64,000 nucleotides of DNA from an uncultured Chloroflexia bacterium (GCA_963792075.1 CAWBUW010000007.1:974429-1038428), one strand, 5' to 3'. Shown: positions 8,373 to 17,892, counted from the stretch's first letter. Numbers and translations are program-made. The notes: generated by a model from the sequence alone, not told the origin.

Positions 8373-10055
8373 ATGCCTTTGAATACTCTCGATTGCCCTC
8401 GTTGCGGCGCCCCCCTGGATCCACCTGTACCTGCCGGTCCAACCATGGAATGCCCTTACTGCAAAAATACCGTGGTCATCCCCGACAGTGTGCGCAGTAA
8501 GGCCGGAGCAGAAGCCCTACAGAATCCTGCCTTTGCCCGTTCGGCTGCGCCCGACCTTGCCCGCCTGGCTGAATTGGGCAAGCTGGTCAGGTCAGGCCGC
8601 AAGATCGAAGCGATCAAGCTGGTACGAGAGATGACCCCGCTGGGCCTGAAAGAAGCCAAGGACCTGGTCGAGGCGATGGAGCGCGGTGAACCGGTCCAGC
8701 TTCCCACGACTTCATTCCAAACCACGACCCTTTCCGCCTCCGAATACCTGGCAAACTCATCCCCCTCTGAGGTCCCGCCCGGCCTGGAAGCGGAGCTGCG
8801 CGCCCTGTTACAACAGAACCAACGCACCGCTGCCATCCGCCTCCTGCGTGAGCGCATGGATCTCAGCCTGAGCGTTGCCGACACCACGCTGGCCATGATC
8901 GCGCTGGGCACGCCCCTTCCGCAAGCGTTGGCCCAGGCTGGCTGGAAAGCTGCGGTACAGCGTACCGCAGCCGGCCTTCAGCCCGTCCGCGTTGACCTGC
9001 ACAGCGCGGAATTCAACCGGACCGCCCTCAAAGCTGCCGGGGCCAGCGCGGCCGGTTGTTCCGCACTCTCGGTGTTCATCATCCTGGTCGGCGTCTTGCT
9101 GCCCTTGGGAGTCATTGCCCTGGCCTTGCTCGCGCCGAGTGGGCCCTGGGGTGAATTTGGCTCTCGCATCAATCCCTTTGCCTTTGCCAGGAATGAGCTC
9201 GCCTTTGGTACAGAAGGTGAAGGGCAGGGAATGTTTACCGACTTGCGCAACGTCGCGCCCGCCTCGGATGGCTCGGTCTATACCGCGGAATACGAGACGG
9301 GCCGCGTGCAGCATTTTGATGCCCAGGGTAAATTCCTGAACCTCTGGTTCATCCCCCCTGCCGAGAACCAGAATGACGTGTACATCTCGGATCTCGAAGC
9401 CGGCCCGAATGGCCTGGTCTACGTCCTGGTACAGGGCGACATCATGGTTTACGATGGGAATGCCGGCGTGCTGCAAGGGACGGTCCGGGCTGAGCGTGAT
9501 GGGAGAAAGCTTTACCTGGATGACCTGGCCTTTGGCCCGGACGGCGTGCCCTACGCCCTGGGAGATTCCGAAACCCTGGTGCGCTTCGACGTTACCACGG
9601 AGCCTTGCCCTCCGGAAATAGCGGCCCTCCAGGGTTCGCTGCCCAACTGTTGGCTGCCGGTATTGCTGCGCGAAAAGATCATCTCTGCGATTACCAAAGA
9701 TTCGGAATCCACCTCCTATCTCGCCCTGGATGGGAGCGGATTTGTTTATATCCTGGGTTATTACAATTACTCCGTATTCAAATACGACCGCGACGGCGCT
9801 TACCTCAACCGCTTCGGCAGCGAAGGCGAGAAACCCGGCGAGTTCACCTCTGTGGATGATCTCGCCATCGATGGCTACGGGCGCGTTTTCGTTTCGGATA
9901 TGAATGGGATCAACGTTTTTGACTCGGGAGGCAAGATCCTACGCCGTTTTGACATTCCCGGCGTCGCTTTCGACCTGTCCATCGACGGCCAGAACCGATT
10001 GTGGGTCGCCAGTAATAACCAGCGCATCATCCGCTACGTCCTCTCTGCTCCTTAG
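8373..10055 (+). CDS. membrane protein: N-terminal zinc ribbon, two ribosomal-L7/L12-C-terminal-like modules, TM segment, NHL-type beta-propeller
   Basis: CPRCGAP...CPYCKN; IEAIKLVREMTPLGLKEAKDLVEAMERGEP and a weaker second copy; hydrophobic ALSVFIILVGVLLPLGVIALALL; NHL-like repeats (GEFTSVDDLAIDGYGRVFVSDMNGINVFD). Confidence 0.7.
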   Translation: MPLNTLDCPRCGAPLDPPVPAGPTMECPYCKNTVVIPDSVRSKAGAEALQNPAFARSAAPDLARLAELGKLVRSGRKIEAIKLVREMTPLGLKEAKDLVEAMERGEPVQLPTTSFQTTTLSASEYLANSSPSEVPPGLEAELRALLQQNQRTAAIRLLRERMDLSLSVADTTLAMIALGTPLPQALAQAGWKAAVQRTAAGLQPVRVDLHSAEFNRTALKAAGASAAGCSALSVFIILVGVLLPLGVIALALLAPSGPWGEFGSRINPFAFARNELAFGTEGEGQGMFTDLRNVAPASDGSVYTAEYETGRVQHFDAQGKFLNLWFIPPAENQNDVYISDLEAGPNGLVYVLVQGDIMVYDGNAGVLQGTVRAERDGRKLYLDDLAFGPDGVPYALGDSETLVRFDVTTEPCPPEIAALQGSLPNCWLPVLLREKIISAITKDSESTSYLALDGSGFVYILGYYNYSVFKYDRDGAYLNRFGSEGEKPGEFTSVDDLAIDGYGRVFVSDMNGINVFDSGGKILRRFDIPGVAFDLSIDGQNRLWVASNNQRIIRYVLSAP

Positions 10056-10063
10056 AGGTTTCG

Positions 10064-11089
10064 ATGGCCCATGATGACGAACCACCCGTCAGCAGCTTGA
10101 GCGGAGACGAAGCCACAGACCCGCCGGATTTCGCCAGCATTTTCAAAGTCACGCAGATCGAACCGGCCTCCGTGGATATTGCCTTCCGCCTGTTTATTAC
10201 CCCCGAGGCGCTGTGTTTTGCGCACATCGGCGAAGCATATTCCGATGAAGACCTGAGCCTGCGTTACGAAAGCATCGATCCCTTATCCCTGGCCTTTATC
10301 GACGCCGATCCGCGCAACTTCCGCCTGCCCACCGGCGACATCCGCCTGGTCGTTGAACGCCGCCCGCACCTGCACAACCCACTCAATAGCGGCTCGCTGC
10401 ACATTTGGCTGGCAGAACCCAAGGCCGACAGATCCTCATCGCTTTGCTTCACCTTCCTGCTCGATTACACCACGAATGTGGATTTGCTCATCGAAAAACT
10501 GCGCCCGTTTTATCCGGCGCTCGAAGTGCTCGAAGACCCGGCGCTCAAGATCGAAACCGGCAATGCGCAGGAAAATTGGGCGCTTCGCATCATGCTGCAG
10601 TGGCAGCGCGGCATGGGCCTGCTTTTGCTCGCCTTTGCCCTGGGCTGGATTGGGCTGATCGCCTCGATCAGTATCGCCCAGTTGGCTGTCACCCGCATGA
10701 ACAATACCAGCACTTCATCTTTTCTGGCCGTCCTTTTCCTGCTGGGGATGCTGGCTGTATTTCTGCTGGCGGGCCTGTTCCTGCTCTATTACGCCCTGAC
10801 CCACCTGGTGAATACCACCACGCTCACCTTACGCGGCAGGGAGCTTTCAATCCGGCATGGACCGCTGCCCTGGTCGCCGGCGCGCCGGCTTACCTTCCCG
10901 CCCCGCGCCGATATCCGCCTCCGCACTCGGAGGCTGGAACAATGGAACAGGGTCCCCACCCTGACCAACTACGTGTATGACCTCAACGTGTGGGGCGAAT
11001 CTCCGGACGGCCCGCCCCAAAGGGTCATCTCCCTCAGCCGCCTGCCCCACGCCCAACGCGTCCGCCGCGCCCTGCGCCAAGCGCTCTAA
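10064..11089 (+). CDS. hypothetical membrane protein (two TM helices in the C-terminal half)
   Basis: 341-aa ORF starting 8 nt after the preceding stop. TM segments GLLLLAFALGWIGLIASISIA and FLAVLFLLGMLAVFLLAGLFLLYY. Confidence 0.6.
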   Translation: MAHDDEPPVSSLSGDEATDPPDFASIFKVTQIEPASVDIAFRLFITPEALCFAHIGEAYSDEDLSLRYESIDPLSLAFIDADPRNFRLPTGDIRLVVERRPHLHNPLNSGSLHIWLAEPKADRSSSLCFTFLLDYTTNVDLLIEKLRPFYPALEVLEDPALKIETGNAQENWALRIMLQWQRGMGLLLLAFALGWIGLIASISIAQLAVTRMNNTSTSSFLAVLFLLGMLAVFLLAGLFLLYYALTHLVNTTTLTLRGRELSIRHGPLPWSPARRLTFPPRADIRLRTRRLEQWNRVPTLTNYVYDLNVWGESPDGPPQRVISLSRLPHAQRVRRALRQAL

Positions 11090-11096
11090 TAGGGTT

Positions 11097-11137
11097 TAGG
11101 GATATTGGATGGGGCTTCGCCCCATCCAATATCCCTA
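11097..11137. terminator. perfect 19-bp-stem hairpin between convergent genes
   Basis: tagggatattggatggggc-ttc-gccccatccaatatcccta. Confidence 0.6.
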
Positions 11138-11144
11138 TATTTAT

Positions 11145-12395
11145 TCAGCTTCCAATAAGGAAGCGCAGCTCGGCGCGCTGGCCCTCGTTCATCAGACTGG
11201 TAATGTTGTTTTGGATATAATACCGGATTTTGGATCTCTCCGGCTCTACCAACTCGTTGTAGAGCTCTTTGATAGCTGCGATGTCATCGTCCGAGACCCA
11301 GCCGCTGAACAGGTCTTCGACCACCGCCATTGCGCCGCGTTCGATCATGTCATTGACCAGGGCCATATTGCCGCTTTGCATCGCGGTGGTGAAGCGGGTA
11401 AACGAGCCTTTACCCAGCCGCTCGATGATGGCGTTTTTCAGCGCGTCCAGGCCGCCAAAATAAGCGTCGGTCACGGCGCCGCCGAAGGCGGTGCTCAGGC
11501 GGCGGGCGAAGGTCACCCATTCCGTGTATGTGTCGGAAGCCACGCTGTAACCGCTCTTGGCGAAGGCATCGATGGTCAGCATCTCGGTAACGCCTTCGTC
11601 CAGGCCCTTGCCGTAAGCGCCCAACAGCGCGCCACCGGAGGAGGCGTGCAGCATCTCGTGGGCGATCGTGGCGGTCTGCTCGTCGGGCGGCTTGCTCTTG
11701 TCGACGTAGATCTGGTTATTCTGGGTGTCGCGGAACCCGGAGAAAGAGGAGCGCATGTCGGGGTGTTTGGAGCTGTCGCCGGCTGCCCAGGGGCGCTCGG
11801 TTACCGTTCCATCCGCTGCGGTCTCCTTGAACGTCTTTCCCTGCGCCATCATCGAACGGTCGTACTCGGCGCGCAGGGCGCTCTCGTCTGCCACGGCGTT
11901 GATCGGAGTATCTGCCTTGATCCGGTCGCCGTAGGCCTTTTTCAGGACCATGATGGCGAACGCATTGCGCTCCTCAGGGGTGGGCAGAGCCGGCATGGGC
12001 GTGGTGTCGCCGCCGCCAGGAGCCCTTTGGATGCGGTTGGCGGTCGCCAACTGCAAGATGGCGCGCTGCACCGCCTGGTTGCCCTGGATACGCTGCATGC
12101 GCTCCACCTGGCGTGGGCGCAGCGCGGGCGGGATGGCGTGCAGACCGACCGGTAGAGGCAGCGCCGGGGCCAGCTCGGCTTCCAGGCCGAGCTCGCTCAC
12201 CTGCGCCGGCGACTTGCTGGCCGGTGCTTTTTCCGTCGTTTTAGTTTGGGCTTCTTTAGCGATGGCAGCAAACTCCTGGGTCGATATTAATCTTATCAGT
12301 TTTTCAATTGGTGTCAACCAACTCTGCCCCCGCTGGCGGGGGAGAAGAGAAATTGGGGTATGCATGGGAAGCAAAGCTTCCCATGCATACCCCAA
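11145..12395 (-). CDS. putative zinc metallopeptidase with MQRIQGNQAVQRAI leader motif (DUF4157-like); true start uncertain
   Basis: HEMLH followed by DEGVTE about 20 aa later (gluzincin-like), and a GNQAVQR motif. The first ~25 codons of the ORF overlap hairpin repeats. A TTGACA-16-TAAGAT promoter-like site lies on the minus strand at 12290-12317, so the real start is probably downstream. Confidence 0.6.
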   Translation of the reverse strand: MGYAWEALLPMHTPISLLPRQRGQSWLTPIEKLIRLISTQEFAAIAKEAQTKTTEKAPASKSPAQVSELGLEAELAPALPLPVGLHAIPPALRPRQVERMQRIQGNQAVQRAILQLATANRIQRAPGGGDTTPMPALPTPEERNAFAIMVLKKAYGDRIKADTPINAVADESALRAEYDRSMMAQGKTFKETAADGTVTERPWAAGDSSKHPDMRSSFSGFRDTQNNQIYVDKSKPPDEQTATIAHEMLHASSGGALLGAYGKGLDEGVTEMLTIDAFAKSGYSVASDTYTEWVTFARRLSTAFGGAVTDAYFGGLDALKNAIIERLGKGSFTRFTTAMQSGNMALVNDMIERGAMAVVEDLFSGWVSDDDIAAIKELYNELVEPERSKIRYYIQNNITSLMNEGQRAELRFLIGS

Positions 12396-12400
12396 GCCCC
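12321..12400. repeat. composite double-hairpin repeat (inverted copy of 63601-63690)
   Basis: ctctgcccccgctggcgggggagaagag + ggggtatgcatgggaagcaaagcttcccatgcatacccc. Confidence 0.7.
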
Positions 12401-12420
12401 TACTTTATGAAAAACTGATT

Positions 12421-12457
12421 GTGTATGTGTGGGCAGCTTTGCTGCCCACACATACAC
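12421..12457. repeat. perfect 17-bp-stem hairpin in a divergent intergenic region
   Basis: gtgtatgtgtgggcagc-ttt-gctgcccacacatacac. Confidence 0.6.
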
Positions 12458-12514
12458 AACTTCTCTTATGTTTTTCTTACATTCATCTGGTATCCTTTCC
12501 CTTGGAGACCCCTT

Positions 12515-14499
12515 ATGGCCGATAAAAAAACCAAACACTTCAAAGCTGAAACCTCTCAGATCCTGGATATCCTCATCCACTCGATCTACACCGAACGCGA
12601 GATCTTCCTGCGTGAGCTGATCTCCAACGCCTCGGACGCCCTGACCCGCCTGGAATTCGAGCTGCTTACCAACCGGGACGTGCTCGATCCGGATGCCGAG
12701 CTGGGCATCTGGATCCATACCGACGAAGGAGGGCGCACGATCACCATTACCGATACCGGCATCGGCATGAACGCAGACGAGCTGGCCGAAAACCTGGGCA
12801 CGATCGCCTATTCCGGTGCACGGGCGTTCATCGGTTCCGCCAAGGCCCAGACCGCAGCCCAACCCCAGGCAGAGGGCCAGGGGGAGGGCGAGAGTATCCC
12901 CCCTCCAAGGTAGCCGACATCATCGGCCAGTTTGGCGTCGGTTTTTATTCTGTCTTCATGGTCGCCGAGTCCGTGCGCGTCACTTCCCGCTCTTTCCGCC
13001 CCGGCGACCAGGCTGCTGCCTGGACCTGCACCGGCGGCGATACCTTCACCATTGAGCCTGCCGAACGCGCTGCGCGCGGCACGACCATCGAGATCAAGCT
13101 CAAGGAAGATGCCACCGAGTTCGCCCATATGCCCCGCTTGCGCGAGGTCATCCGCAAGCACTCTGACTTCATCCCCTTCCCCATTTACGTGGAAACGCCT
13201 GCCAGGCCGGAGGAAGCCGGATCGGCGCCAACCCAGGAACAGGCCAACCGCCGCACCGCCCTCTGGCGCCAACCACCGCACCAGACCAAGAAAGAGGATT
13301 ACGAAGAGTTCTACCGCCAGCTCACGCTGGACTTCGCCGCGCCGCTCACTTATGCCCACATCGCCGCGGACGCTCCCGTCCAGTTATACGCCGTGCTCTT
13401 CCTCCCCGCCTCCGCCGAACGGGGCATGTTCTCGCTGCGCCGGGACGAAGGGCTCAAGCTCTACGCCCATAAGGTGCTCATCCAGGAATATACCAAGGAC
13501 CTGCTGCCAGACTACCTGGAGTTTATCCAGGGCGTGGTGGATTCCGAAGACCTGCCGCTCAACGTCTCGCGCGAGTCGGTCCAATCCAACCGCGTCATGA
13601 CCGCGCTGAAAAAGCTGGTCACGAACAAAGCCCTGGATATGATCGGCAAGCTGGCCCAGGACAGGCCCGAGGATTACGCTAAGTTCTGGGGCGAGTTTGG
13701 GCGCTACATCAAGCGCGGCATCGCCTCGGACATTGAAAACCCTGCCTCCTTGCACAGCCTGTTACGCTTCCATACCACTACCCACCCCGACGCCTGGGCC
13801 TCGCTGGATGAGGTCGTCGGCCGCATGCCCGAGGGCCAGCCCGCCATCTACTACATCCTGGGCGACGATGAGCGCTCGCTGCGCCACTCGCCGCACCTGG
13901 ACGCGGTGCACAGCCACGGCTACGAAGTGCTGCTGCTGGCCGACCCGCTCAATTCTTTCATGCTCATGCGCTTCAAAGAATACCAGGGCAAACCGCTGGC
14001 GAACGTCGCCAACGCCGACCTCAAGCTGCCCCCCAAGACCGGCGAAGAACCTGAGACGAAACCCGATCAGGCTGCCGCGCTGCCCGCGGAAGAATGGGCG
14101 CCGCTGGTAGACCGCTTCAAAACCACCCTCGGCGAGCGCGTGCAGGACGTGCGCATGACCGACCGCCTCTCCGGCTCGCCTGCCCGGCTGGTCGACCCCG
14201 AAGGCGCGCTCGGCCAGGAAATGCAGCGGGTTTACCGCTACCTGCGCGCCACCGGCTCCTCCACGCTGGCCGAGGACGAAAAGCTGACCAACCCCAAGAA
14301 GATCCTGGAGCTGAACCCCGCCCACCCCATCATCACCCGCCTGGCGCAGCTCGACTTCGACGATGACAGCGCGCGTGTTCTGGGCGACAGCGTCATCGAG
14401 CAGCTCTTCGAAAACGCCTTGCTGATCGAGGGCCTGCACCAGGACCCCGCCAGCATGGTCGCCCGCATCCACACCCTGATCGAAAAAGCGCTCGGCTAA
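12515..14499 (+). pseudogene. htpG: Hsp90-family chaperone HtpG, interrupted by a -1 frameshift in a C6 run (12898-12903)
   Basis: N-terminal part [34 protein letters not shown]...[11 protein letters not shown] ends at TAG 12911. The next frame continues [24 protein letters not shown]... to 14499. Adding one C restores a single ORF. GGAGAC lies before the ATG at 12515. Confidence 0.85.
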
Positions 14500-14541
14500 G
14501 GTTATTTTTCTCCGGGAATCGCCGTGATAGGGCGGTTCTGT

Positions 14542-14578
14542 GGGGGCGTTTTACGGGCCAGGCCCGCAAAACACCCCC
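14542..14578. terminator. 18-bp-arm hairpin (2 mismatches) downstream of htpG
   Basis: gggggcgttttacgggcc-a-ggcccgcaaaacaccccc. Confidence 0.5.
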
Positions 14579-14690
14579 TTTATTGGATTCTGTCACGCCA
14601 ACCGGCCGGGTTCCCGTCACCGCGGGGCATACTATGGCCGAATATGGGTATAATGGATATACCGAGTGGGTTATAAAGTAGGAGAAACGC

Positions 14691-15995
14691 ATGAGAATGC
14701 AATACAGATTTCATTTCCTGGTAGCGGTCGCGCTTCTTGGAGGCTGCATTCCTCCCGCAATTGCACCGGTCTCACCTGTCGAGAGCATCCCCCCCACAGC
14801 ATTGGCGACAATGCTTACCAGTATGCCGGCTGAGCCACCGGCAACTTTCACGCCTACCTGGCCAGCGCCGACGATCACCTCCTCGCCGGTTGGACCTGCG
14901 GCTACCAGTACAGTTGCTTTGCCTCCCGAAAGTACTTTAAGATACCAACCTCTTGAAGTGACTTCTAACCTTTCGTCAGATGTAAAACCGGCTGGCGACT
15001 TGCTTGTCTGGGAGGAACAACCACACCTCCTGCGCTTCAATCCTCAATTGCAGTTAGAAGATTTGCCCGGTATTGATATCGCTTGCCTTTCAACCTCTCC
15101 TAATGGGCAATGGATTGCTTACTGTGTGCTTTCTGAAGATTCACCCACTGGCCAGTGGCTGATCGTCGAATCAGCCGACCGGCAGCAGCATTACCAAGTT
15201 CCCATTGATTTGCATCTTGCCTACTTCGGCGCATATGAATGGTTGGACAATCAACGCCTGGTCTTCCCTTTTATGCAAGAAATAGCTACTGTCTATCCTG
15301 TGATGATCATCAACCCGTTCATAGGAAAGCAGACTGAGCTAGGCTCCGATTATCCGGGCATATCTGGCACTGTAGTGGGGCCCATAGGCAGATTGGCTTT
15401 CGAGTATAGCAGCCTCGTGTACCACCCATCGCTTAACCTGGTGATTTTCCCGGAAATGACCCCACAGAGATATATCGTACTATGGGACCGGCAGTCCAAC
15501 TCGGTTCTGGCGAAAGTCGAAGACAAGGGTGAATTTCTCAACTATCCCCTCTGGTCACCTGATGCAAAGCAGTTTGTGGTTGCAGTGCGAAAAGATGACG
15601 GAAACAGTATTGAGGAATGGTTCGGCGTGAGCCGGGAGGGACAGGTGGAGCAATTGACCCATTTTGGAGATTATTTCGCAGATGCTGAAATTGGCCATGC
15701 GAATTGGTCGCCGGACGGCCAAAAGCTGGCTTTCTGGCTGGAAACTAGCTCAGGGCTGTGCTCGGGCACGCGCCTGGACGTTCTGGAGCTGGCAACACGG
15801 CAGGTGACGAACACCTGCATTCCAGGATCGCTTGAATTCGCTCCACCCCCAATCTGGTCTTTGAATAGCCGTTATATCGCTGTAATAAACGCTGATGCCA
15901 GTCCAGATCAAACGATCCTTGTAGACCTTGAACGGGGCCGAGCTTATGATATAACAAATTATGGTTCACCGGTTGGATGGCTGGCGTTACCTTGA
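14691..15995 (+). CDS. lipoprotein with Pro/Thr-rich linker and PD40/TolB-like beta-propeller (P family, copy P0)
   Basis: Signal peptide plus lipobox LLGGC, PT-rich linker and recurring WSPDG-type blades (SPNGQWIAYC, WSPDAKQFVVA, NWSPDGQKLAFWLE). By eye roughly 60 percent identical to 47463-48782. Confidence 0.8.
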   Translation: MRMQYRFHFLVAVALLGGCIPPAIAPVSPVESIPPTALATMLTSMPAEPPATFTPTWPAPTITSSPVGPAATSTVALPPESTLRYQPLEVTSNLSSDVKPAGDLLVWEEQPHLLRFNPQLQLEDLPGIDIACLSTSPNGQWIAYCVLSEDSPTGQWLIVESADRQQHYQVPIDLHLAYFGAYEWLDNQRLVFPFMQEIATVYPVMIINPFIGKQTELGSDYPGISGTVVGPIGRLAFEYSSLVYHPSLNLVIFPEMTPQRYIVLWDRQSNSVLAKVEDKGEFLNYPLWSPDAKQFVVAVRKDDGNSIEEWFGVSREGQVEQLTHFGDYFADAEIGHANWSPDGQKLAFWLETSSGLCSGTRLDVLELATRQVTNTCIPGSLEFAPPPIWSLNSRYIAVINADASPDQTILVDLERGRAYDITNYGSPVGWLALP

Positions 15996-16084
15996 CACTC
16001 AAATTTCCGTGAACAGTGTTTCGAATTCCCAGAATGGCTTGAACCGTGCATTTGGCCTATGGTTAGACAGGCACGTGAAAGGAA

Positions 16085-17527
16085 ATGATGTTGTTCGTAG
16101 GAAAAAAGAAGTCATTGCAGTATTTACTAGCTCTGTTTGAAGCTGTTCTGTGCTCTCTTCTGACCGGTTGCCTGACAATTTCAATAAGACCATCAGAAGG
16201 AGTTCGTATGCAATGCCCTGCATCGACACTTCTTATTGAAAAAGATATTCTTCCTGATCGAAAGTTGCAAGATGTCTGGAAGGATATTTACGACACTCCC
16301 TTTCGTATAGGAATTGATCGTGCGAGCGCAGGTTTTTCAACAAGCCATGATGGAGGAGTAGTACAGGCCGTTTATTTACTTGAAACCGAAAAGGAAGCAG
16401 AGAACGAGTATGATTTTATGGAGAAAGCGCTTTTTCGTAAAACGACTTACATGAGTGAATGGTTTGTACCAGAGTTTTTGAGTAACCTCCAGCTAAAAGC
16501 TGATAAATATAAACTTGCGTGCGCATCGGATATTTCAAGTGGTTCAATACAGTGTGAATATTGGGCGTTGTACGGAGCTTATCTAATAGAAATAAATGCT
16601 GACGTTCATGCAGTTCAGTATTCTGACTTAAAAACCGTTGTACTTGCCACTGATGAGCTAGCCAGAGGCTGTGTGGAAACTAAACAAACCATCCTGCCAA
16701 CAATTACCTCGACTTTGACCGCCACGAGAACTCCTGGCCTAAAAACTGAAGAAGTTCTTTATAAGACTTCCACTCCTACCATTACCCCGGTCCGAACTTC
16801 AACAGTACCAGTCAGGTTAACTCCGACAATCCAACCTACTTATACTCATGAAGAAAGGAAAATGGTTCTTCGAGATCTCTATAAGAATAATGGGGGATGT
16901 AAATTGCCATGCTGGTGGGGCTTTACTCCTGGCATTACTTCCTGGGCAGAAGCATCTGGCCTATTAGGAAAATTAGCAACCAGGATTTATGATAGCCCTA
17001 CAGTAGAAGATATTTCCTTTTATGAAATCTTTATTCCTCCCGACGATTTAGGCTCACCTATTGAGCGGGAATACTGGCAACTCTATAAACTAAAAAATGG
17101 GGTTATTGAATCCATTGAAATTGGTATTTTGAATATCGATCACTATACGTTAGAAAACTTGTTGGAGGAGTATGGCCCACCCGATGAAATCTGGGTCCGT
17201 ACCGGAAGAAAAGATGAATACCAGACAGTGACAGACCTGTATCTATTTGTTTTTTATAAAGGGGAAGGGATAGCTGCCTGGTACTATGATATAAATGCCA
17301 GGGTGGAAGATAATTCTATTGTGGGATGTCCAGAAATATCTGGCCATTTAATGGTATGGAATCCAATGCAACCATACACATTTGACGAAATAAAAAATCA
17401 TTTTACTGTGGCGCCCAAGGAATTGTCATTCAAGCCATTGGTGGAAGTTTCTGGCATGAGCATTGAAGAATATACCAGGCATCCTTCTTGTATTGAGGCG
17501 CCCCTCGACTTGTGGCCTTTACCATAA
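16085..17527 (+). CDS. lipoprotein of the NGGCxLPCWWG family (N family, copy N1)
   Basis: Lipobox LLTGC, T/P-rich linker and motif NNGGCKLPCWWGFTPGITSWAEA. AT-rich gene. Paralogues at 44777-45795 and 54770-55577. Confidence 0.75.
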   Translation: MMLFVGKKKSLQYLLALFEAVLCSLLTGCLTISIRPSEGVRMQCPASTLLIEKDILPDRKLQDVWKDIYDTPFRIGIDRASAGFSTSHDGGVVQAVYLLETEKEAENEYDFMEKALFRKTTYMSEWFVPEFLSNLQLKADKYKLACASDISSGSIQCEYWALYGAYLIEINADVHAVQYSDLKTVVLATDELARGCVETKQTILPTITSTLTATRTPGLKTEEVLYKTSTPTITPVRTSTVPVRLTPTIQPTYTHEERKMVLRDLYKNNGGCKLPCWWGFTPGITSWAEASGLLGKLATRIYDSPTVEDISFYEIFIPPDDLGSPIEREYWQLYKLKNGVIESIEIGILNIDHYTLENLLEEYGPPDEIWVRTGRKDEYQTVTDLYLFVFYKGEGIAAWYYDINARVEDNSIVGCPEISGHLMVWNPMQPYTFDEIKNHFTVAPKELSFKPLVEVSGMSIEEYTRHPSCIEAPLDLWPLP

Positions 17528-17892
17528 GGTGACGTAGCATAAGCGACGGCTGAGGCATTTAAACTGGAAACCCGTTAGCCTAAGAGAAGGTATATGAGAA
17601 CATTAAGAATGGATCACCCAATTTTCAAAGTTGAGGATAATGTAGAAGCTTGGAAAATATTTTGGGCAAGGCAGTATCTGAAGTTAATCCACTTTATTTC
17701 GATGCTAACCATAGAGAGACCGAAATTATTGATGGGTGTTTTGGAAAGAATAGTAACTTCGCAACTGGTGCAGCCATCGCTGAGAACACCAATTACAACT
17801 TTATGGTAAAGCAGGGTGAACTTATCAAGTAGTTGAGACAATTCCCGATGGTTTACGGTGATTTTGTTTCTTCAGAATCAGAGGTAATCTAC

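Noticed and set aside
11109-12155. 348-aa plus-strand ORF opposite the HEMLH metallopeptidase gene. Similar long antisense ORFs lie at 5758-6612, 8808-9476, 13762-14472, 20460-21059 and 59750-60430.
   Set aside because: All overlap genes that have strong motif support on the other strand. They have low-complexity, GC-driven compositions and lack RBS/start context.
7374-12395. Calling this region an extracellular contractile injection system (eCIS) or T6SS locus, on the basis of the DUF4157-like leader motifs.
   Set aside because: No sheath, tube, baseplate, spike or AAA+ ATPase gene is present in the window. Only effector-like proteins can be claimed.
17594-17841. Small overlapping ORFs (60-75 aa) in the AT-rich spacer between N1 and the small membrane-protein gene.
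   Set aside because: They mutually overlap on both strands, have no RBS and show no motif. They are likely chance ORFs in AT-rich DNA.
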